Below the pieces are notes generated by a model. It searched no databases. It saw only the letters and a program-made list of their open reading frames with translations, and was not told where the DNA came from. The position numbers and the translations under genes are program-made. From Candidatus Parcubacteria bacterium (GTDB lineage: Bacteria > Patescibacteriota > Minisyncoccia > UBA6257 > 2-01-FULL-56-20): a DNA stretch of 64,000 bases. Shown here one piece after another: positions 58,509 through 64,000 of this stretch (position 1 is the first letter of the stretch; each line of letters starts with the position of its first letter). The stretch lies in the NCBI GenBank assembly GCA_027450205.1, contig DAIDJL010000004.1, positions 11,932 through 75,931 on the forward strand, in the 5' to 3' direction.

Positions 58509-59618
58509 ATGAAAGATTATTATTCAATTTTAGGGGTTTCAAAGACCGCCTCCGAGGAAGAGGTCAAAAAGGCGTACCGAAAATTGGCGCACCAGCATCA
58601 CCCGGACAAGGCCGGCGGCGATGAAAAAAAATTCAAAGAAATAAACGAGGCATATCAGGTGCTTTCGGACAAGAACAAGCGTGCGCAGTATGACCGGTTC
58701 GGCACCGCTGAGCCGATGGGCGGCTTTGGCGGTGCGGGCGGGCAATGGGGGGGAGCCGGGTTCCCGGGCGGCGGGCAATGGAGCAATGTCGGTTTCGACC
58801 CGTCGCAATTCGGCGACATGGGCGATTTCGGCGACATTTTCGAAAGTTTTTTTGAAGGGATGGGCGGCGCGCCGCGGCGGAAGACGTACGAAAAAGGGTC
58901 CGATCTTGAGGTTCAGGAACAGATAACGCTGGAAGAGGCGTTCGGCGGCACGATAAAGACCGTCCGCCTCAGGACATTCGTGCAATGTGCGAAATGCGGC
59001 GGCAAGGGCGCGGAGCCGGGCAGTGGTTTCGAAAAGTGCACGACGTGCGATGGGCAGGGACAGATCCGCGAACAGCGCCGGACGTTCTTTGGCAGTTTTT
59101 CACAGGTAAAGACGTGCGCCAAGTGCCATGGCACCGGCGAAGTCCCCAAAAAACCCTGTGCCACGTGCAAGGGCGCCGGGCGCGTGGAATCGAACCGTGA
59201 CATCAATATCGATATCATGGCGGGGATCGATGACAATCAGATCATTAAAGTGAAGGGGATGGGCGAAGCGGGCGAGCGTGGCACTGCCGCCGGCGACCTT
59301 TATGTACGTGTGCGCGTGCGCCCGCATGCGGTGTTCGCGCGACACGGTGCCGATCTCATCGTTACCCGGGACCTCAAGCTTGTGGATCTTCTGCTCGGCA
59401 AATCCATCACGGTGCCGGTCATTTCGGGTGGCACGATCACGGCGGAGATCCCTGCCGGGTTCAACCTTAAAGAATCATTACGGATCGCGGGGCAGGGCAT
59501 GCCGCATATCGGTTCACGCGCCCGCGGCGATCTTCTCGTGAACTTTATGATCAAGGCGCCCAAAAAGCCGGGCGCGAAGGCAAAAGAGCTGCTCGAAAAA
59601 TTAGAAAAGGAGCAGTAA
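58509..59618 (+). CDS. dnaJ: Molecular chaperone DnaJ
   Basis: J-domain with HPD (HHPDKAGG), G/F-rich linker, and four CxxCxGxG zinc-finger repeats. Confidence 0.95.
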   Translation: MKDYYSILGVSKTASEEEVKKAYRKLAHQHHPDKAGGDEKKFKEINEAYQVLSDKNKRAQYDRFGTAEPMGGFGGAGGQWGGAGFPGGGQWSNVGFDPSQFGDMGDFGDIFESFFEGMGGAPRRKTYEKGSDLEVQEQITLEEAFGGTIKTVRLRTFVQCAKCGGKGAEPGSGFEKCTTCDGQGQIREQRRTFFGSFSQVKTCAKCHGTGEVPKKPCATCKGAGRVESNRDINIDIMAGIDDNQIIKVKGMGEAGERGTAAGDLYVRVRVRPHAVFARHGADLIVTRDLKLVDLLLGKSITVPVISGGTITAEIPAGFNLKESLRIAGQGMPHIGSRARGDLLVNFMIKAPKKPGAKAKELLEKLEKEQ

Positions 59619-59632
59619 GAAATGGTAGTTTT

Positions 59633-60061
59633 ATGGATAACAATATCAAGATCTTTGCCGACAAAAGATCGGTAAAGCCCGCCGAGGCGGCGGCGCTGTA
59701 TGTTGAATTAGGCTGGGGGACGCCGCGGGAATATTCCGTAGCACGGATGAAGCGTTCGCTTGCGCACTGCGATATCGTCGTTTCCGCACGCAATGCCGCA
59801 GGGGAGCTGGTGGGCATTGGTCGAGCGCTCAGCGACTTTGCGATTGATACGAAGATCCTTGACCTCATCATCGCGCCGGAATATCAGCGTCAGGGCCTTG
59901 GACAGGCGATGATGAAAAGGATCGCGGCGGCCGCGAAGGGTACGTCTATTTATTTTGAGACGGGAAAGAAAAATTTTGCTTTCGCGGCAAAGTGCGGATA
60001 TGCAAAGCGCGGCGGCTTGACGGTATTCATAAAAAAATCCCCCCGAGATCAGAGTGGTTGA
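59633..60061 (+). CDS. GNAT family N-acetyltransferase
   Basis: Acetyl-CoA-binding motif QRQGLGQAMMKRI. Confidence 0.75.
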   Translation: MDNNIKIFADKRSVKPAEAAALYVELGWGTPREYSVARMKRSLAHCDIVVSARNAAGELVGIGRALSDFAIDTKILDLIIAPEYQRQGLGQAMMKRIAAAAKGTSIYFETGKKNFAFAAKCGYAKRGGLTVFIKKSPRDQSG

Positions 60062-60564
60062 TCTCGAAGGGGTTTTGTTTCCGGGTGACCCAGGAGTATC
60101 TGGAGGGCGAATTTTCCCCATCCGAGCACTTCCCAGGTATATGCGAACCATGGAGAATCGTTTTCAGTGCTCGAACAGCTTTCGATCTCGCCCTTGAATC
60201 CGAGCCAGCGCCACATCGCAACGATGCGTCGGAGATGGTAACTTGAGCTTACGACGCTCACCGATGTCGCGTGCAATTGCCGGAGGACGCCGATCGCCGC
60301 CCGGGTTTCCTGCAGGGTGGTATTTGCCAATGGCCGATGGATCAGCCGATCCATAGGCCATTGCAACCGTCCTAGTTCGCGGATGGTCGCCTCCCTAAGA
60401 AAGGGAATGACGTCATTAACTGAAAATACCATCACCGAATTGTGATATGTTCGCGCGACCGCCACCGCTTTCCGGCATCGGTCTGCGGCGTCGCTATGCA
60501 GGGTGCCATTCTTTTTTACCCTGCCGCCGTACAACACAATTACTTCGATTCCGTCGGATGACAA
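60049..60564 (-). CDS. DUF218/YdcF-like (SanA/ElyC family) protein
   Basis: Rossmann-like YdcF pattern (VIVLYGG ... SSSYHLRR). Confidence 0.45.
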   Translation of the reverse strand: MSSDGIEVIVLYGGRVKKNGTLHSDAADRCRKAVAVARTYHNSVMVFSVNDVIPFLREATIRELGRLQWPMDRLIHRPLANTTLQETRAAIGVLRQLHATSVSVVSSSYHLRRIVAMWRWLGFKGEIESCSSTENDSPWFAYTWEVLGWGKFALQILLGHPETKPLRDQPL

Positions 60565-60694
60565 GTCTACCTCCCTTCAGCCGGCACTGATGTGTATTAT
60601 ATATAATATATTAAAAATAGTCAACTATATCGATCCGATAAGGTTGCGGAGATATTGAAAAAACGGGACTTTTTCATTAGTATGAGAAAGTACT

Positions 60695-60768
60695 GCCCCT
60701 ATAGCTCAGTCTGGTAGAGCAGCTCCCTTTTAAGGAGATGGTCCCAGGTTCAAATCCTGGTGGGGGCA
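60695..60768 (+). tRNA. tRNA-Lys(TTT)
   Basis: Acceptor stem GCCCCTA/TGGGGGC. D-arm GCTC-AGTCTGGTA-GAGC. Canonical Lys anticodon loop CTTTTAA. T-arm CCAGG-TTCAAAT-CCTGG. Confidence 0.85.
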
Positions 60769-60772
60769 CAGA

Positions 60773-61528
60773 ATGAAATTGATCTCTCTGAACGTGTGGG
60801 GAGGGGTTGCCGGCAGAGAAAAGGTCCTGGATTTTTTTGCATCGCAGAGCGACGTTGATATTTTTTGTCTTCAGGAAATATGGAACGGCGGACACGAGAT
60901 GATCGGTCGCACCGCGGGAGGAAGGCCGCTTGCCGGCATCGCGCACTGGCTGCTTGCCGATATCGGCGCCGTGCTGAAAAATCATGCCGCTTATTTTCGG
61001 CCTCAGTTCAAGGATTATTACGGACTGACGATGTTCATCAAAAAGAATATTCCGGTGCAGGAAGAAGGCGAAGTGTTCGTATATAAAGAACGCGGATATT
61101 TTTCCGAGGACGATATCGGCGACCATTCCAGAAATATCCAATATGCGAGGATGGGATCCGCCGTTGGTCCGCGCACTGTTGTGCATGTCCACGGACTTTG
61201 GAACGGCAAGGGAAAAACCGATTCTGCGGATCGCCTATTGCAATCGGATAACATAGCCCGTTTTTTGAGCAGCGTGAAAACCCCCTCGGTCTTTTGCGGC
61301 GATCTTAATTTGCTTCCCGAGACCGAAAGTCTGAAAAAGCTTGAAGCCTTGGGAATGAGAAATCTCATCAAAGAGTTCGGTATCACTTCGACCCGGTCGA
61401 GTTTCTATACGAAGCCGGTTCGATTCGCGGATTATATGTTCGTGAGCGACGGCATCGAGGTAAAAGATTTCAAGGTTCTTCCGGACGAGGTTTCCGATCA
61501 TCTTGCTCTGTATCTCGAATTCTCATAG
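60773..61528 (+). CDS. Endonuclease/exonuclease/phosphatase (EEP) family protein
   Basis: EEP catalytic blocks: N-terminal LNVWGG...DIFCLQE and C-terminal SDHLALYLEF. Confidence 0.75.
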   Translation: MKLISLNVWGGVAGREKVLDFFASQSDVDIFCLQEIWNGGHEMIGRTAGGRPLAGIAHWLLADIGAVLKNHAAYFRPQFKDYYGLTMFIKKNIPVQEEGEVFVYKERGYFSEDDIGDHSRNIQYARMGSAVGPRTVVHVHGLWNGKGKTDSADRLLQSDNIARFLSSVKTPSVFCGDLNLLPETESLKKLEALGMRNLIKEFGITSTRSSFYTKPVRFADYMFVSDGIEVKDFKVLPDEVSDHLALYLEFS

Positions 61529-61538
61529 GATTTTAGCG

Positions 61539-62180
61539 ATGGCGCACCCTTCGTTTAAAAATAATTACTTCGTTCTGCGGCACGGAGAAAGCATGCCAAA
61601 TATGCGTGGGGTTATTTTAAGCCATCTGGACGAGGGCAAGAAGGATGAGCATATGCTTACAAAGAACGGAGAGGAGCAGGTCTTCCGTTCGGTGCGGAAA
61701 GAAAAAGAACGCGGCTCGCTGGATGGCGAAACGATGATCTATTCTTCGCCGTTTTCGCGGTGCCGACGGACGGCGGAGATCGCAAAAGATGTGTTGGGCG
61801 TGCAGACGGAGGTCGTTATTGATGACCGTCTGCGCGAGCGATGGTTCGGCGATTGGGAGGGTACGAGCAACGCCAATTATCAAAAAGTGTGGGATAGAGA
61901 TGTTTTCGATCCCGATCATAAAGATGCAAGCGTGGAAAGCACTGCGGAGGTTTTCCGAAGGGTCGCCGGACTTATACACGACCTGGAAGAAAAGTATTCC
62001 GGTAAGAATATTTTACTGGTTTCCCATGGCGACGCGCTACAGATACTCCAGACATTTTTTGAGAACAGGCCGCCGTCCGCACACCGGAGCATTCCGCATC
62101 TGAAGGTGGCGGAAATAAGAAGGATGAATGAGCGTCGCGACAGATCACGTCCGGATAATGCCCAAATCATGGTAGAATAG
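61539..62180 (+). CDS. Histidine phosphatase (phosphoglycerate mutase family)
   Basis: RHG motif (FVLRHGES) and the C-terminal His region (LLVSHGDALQ). Confidence 0.75.
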   Translation: MAHPSFKNNYFVLRHGESMPNMRGVILSHLDEGKKDEHMLTKNGEEQVFRSVRKEKERGSLDGETMIYSSPFSRCRRTAEIAKDVLGVQTEVVIDDRLRERWFGDWEGTSNANYQKVWDRDVFDPDHKDASVESTAEVFRRVAGLIHDLEEKYSGKNILLVSHGDALQILQTFFENRPPSAHRSIPHLKVAEIRRMNERRDRSRPDNAQIMVE

Positions 62181-62186
62181 ATCTAT

Positions 62187-62609
62187 ATGGATGAAGTCCC
62201 GATGCCCGTACCGCAAGGCCCCGTGTCGTCCGCGCCCATGGCCGTCGTTGCGCCGCCGATCTGTCCGCGCTGCCATTTTGTGGTGAAGCCGGAATATTAT
62301 TATTGTCCCAACTGCGGCGCGAAGCTTACCGAGCCGCCGCTCGGTGTCGCGCTCATGGACCAGCTATTGCTTTACGCATTCAGCATCATCCTTCCGTGGA
62401 TCGCGTATCTTGCGATCACTAAATGGCAGGGAATAAAATATCTTCGCGCGCCGAGCGCGCAGGCGAGGCAGATCGGCCTCATCGCGCTTGTCCTGCTCGT
62501 CGTTTCGAGCATCATCATGTTCTGGCTTACTACCATGTGGGTGCAGGGATATATTCAGCAGTCATTGAACGATGTGAATAATTTGGGCGGGCTTGGTAAC
62601 GGGCTTTGA
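62187..62609 (+). CDS. Zinc-ribbon domain membrane protein, hypothetical
   Basis: N-terminal CPRC...CPNC zinc ribbon followed by two TM helices. Confidence 0.5.
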   Translation: MDEVPMPVPQGPVSSAPMAVVAPPICPRCHFVVKPEYYYCPNCGAKLTEPPLGVALMDQLLLYAFSIILPWIAYLAITKWQGIKYLRAPSAQARQIGLIALVLLVVSSIIMFWLTTMWVQGYIQQSLNDVNNLGGLGNGL

Positions 62610-62615
62610 TCGATA

Positions 62616-63272
62616 ATGACGAGATGGGTGGTCGGTATTGATGAAGTTGGGCGGGGGGCGCTGGCGGGGCCGGTGGTGGTCGCCGCCGCGATGCTTGCCG
62701 TCGACGCTCGCGGGCGTATCAGGCATGCCCCATTTCGGACATTAAAAGATTCTAAAAAACTGAGTCCCGCGCGCCGGGAGTTTTGGGCTAAAGAGCTTGC
62801 GAAGCGCACCGCTGCCGGTGCGGGCGTGGGGTTTGCGCTTGCGCGGGTATATCCGCGGGGGATAGAGCGTATAAACATCTCCGCCGCCGCGAACCTTGCC
62901 GCATTCCGGGCTTGCTCGCGATTATTAAAAGATCATAAATTATCGCCGGCGGTGGTGGCAGTGTATCTTGATGGCGGATTGTTCCTTGGCAGCCGCGCGC
63001 GGCAGGAGACGTCTCGAAACAAAGCAGGTATTGCCGCAAAAACCGTCATCAGGGGCGATGAGAAGATCCCTGCGGTTGCCGCGGCGTCCATCATCGCCAA
63101 GGTCTCGCGCGACCGGTTCATGGTGAGGCTGGCAAAAAAATATCCCGGATATGGATTTGAGGTTCATAAGGGATATGGGACGGTCGCCCACCGTCGAGCC
63201 TTAAAAAAACAGGGCCCGTGCGATGCTCATCGGTTGACTTTTTTGCCCGCGCGCCATATTATAAACAAATAA
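62616..63272 (+). CDS. rnhB: Ribonuclease HII
   Basis: Active-site block VVGIDEVGRGALAGPVVVAA, plus the DSK and GSG-type motifs downstream. Confidence 0.9.
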   Translation: MTRWVVGIDEVGRGALAGPVVVAAAMLAVDARGRIRHAPFRTLKDSKKLSPARREFWAKELAKRTAAGAGVGFALARVYPRGIERINISAAANLAAFRACSRLLKDHKLSPAVVAVYLDGGLFLGSRARQETSRNKAGIAAKTVIRGDEKIPAVAAASIIAKVSRDRFMVRLAKKYPGYGFEVHKGYGTVAHRRALKKQGPCDAHRLTFLPARHIINK

Positions 63273-63293
63273 ATTAATCTTTAATCCAATCAG

Positions 63294-63446
63294 ATGGCAG
63301 GCGTACCAACCAAGCATCATACCAGGAGCAAGACCGGGAACCGGCGTTCGCACCTTGCGATGAAGAAGCAAAAGCTTCTTGTTTGCAGGAATTGCGGCGC
63401 TCCACGGAAGCCGCATCGGACGTGCGCGCAGTGCGGAAAAATGTAA
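63294..63446 (+). CDS. rpmF: 50S ribosomal protein L32
   Basis: 50-aa ORF MAGVPTKHHTRSKTGNRRSHLAMKKQKLLVCRNCGAPRKPHRTCAQCGKM. Matches the L32 pattern (basic N-terminus, RRSH, CxxC...CxxC). Not in the track because it is under 60 aa. Confidence 0.8.
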   Translation: MAGVPTKHHTRSKTGNRRSHLAMKKQKLLVCRNCGAPRKPHRTCAQCGKM

Positions 63447-63501
63447 TTATCCTCGCATCATGAATCGGTCGCTCTTTGCAGAAATTGTTCTTTCCTAAAC
63501 C

Positions 63502-63930
63502 ATGGCTACACGGCATCTTATTAGAACCGTCGTTCTCCAGTCACTCTACGAGTGGGATTTTTATAACCAAAAAAAGGATATCACCGAGATCCTTGAGCGG
63601 AATATGGCAGAGTTCGCGCCGGGCGTGGACGAGCCGGAGTTCGGTTGGAAGATACTGCAGGGGGTGGCGGTACACCTCAAAGACATTGACGCCGTCATCC
63701 GCCGCGCCGCGCCGGAATGGCCGCTTGAAAAGATCGCGGTGATCGACCGCAATATTTTACGCATCGGCCTTTATGAACTGATGTACGCGGATCCCGAAGA
63801 GGTTCCGCCGAAGGTTGCCATCAACGAATCGATCGAACTTGCAAAGAACTATGGCGGGCCGAACGCGGCGCGCTTCATCAACGGCGTGTTAGGAACGGTC
63901 TATCGCGAGAGGGTTCCCGCAGCGAAATAA
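63502..63930 (+). CDS. nusB: Transcription antitermination factor NusB
   Basis: Conserved NusB blocks: N-terminal [17 protein letters not shown] and C-terminal [25 protein letters not shown]. Confidence 0.9.
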   Translation: MATRHLIRTVVLQSLYEWDFYNQKKDITEILERNMAEFAPGVDEPEFGWKILQGVAVHLKDIDAVIRRAAPEWPLEKIAVIDRNILRIGLYELMYADPEEVPPKVAINESIELAKNYGGPNAARFINGVLGTVYRERVPAAK

Positions 63931-64000
63931 GGGCGCATCATAATGGCATTATCCGACGAATTGGAAAAAAATATCGGTATCACGTTTTTTAATAAGGACC

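Overview
This window looks like a high-GC, gene-dense bacterial chromosome segment. By inference, the compact housekeeping genes, short-form uvrA/uvrC/atpH and several low-GC islands would fit a small-genome lineage such as CPR/Patescibacteria. The core content I can support is leuS (3' part), htrA, two rRNA methyltransferases, a cluster of five tRNAs, and prfB with its canonical programmed +1 frameshift. Also present are ftsE-ftsX, a complete F1Fo ATP synthase operon (atpB-E-F-H-A-G-D-C), ogt-like, nth, uvrB, uvrA, uvrC, a histidine kinase, radC, an ABC-2 transporter, ychF, recR, dnaB, cysS, corA, the hrcA-grpE-dnaK-dnaJ operon behind a CIRCE-like operator, tRNA-Lys, rnhB, rpmF and nusB. The backbone is interrupted by accessory-looking segments. 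One is an N-terminal fragment of a retroelement reverse transcriptase of DGR type, truncated next to an AT-rich insertion. A hairpin-flanked conserved ~55-nt core occurs twice (11.8 kb and 49.7 kb). The 3' end of nth is duplicated ~70 bp away around a phosphoribosyltransferase gene, near an excisionase-type HTH gene. An AT-rich island carries a 1184-aa beta-helix repeat surface protein. Two divergent beta-carbonic-anhydrase-like paralogs follow atpC. A tRNA-Gly-like element has a one-nucleotide-short anticodon loop and a 13-bp inverted repeat. Many long antisense ORFs in the six-frame track are high-GC artefacts and were not called.
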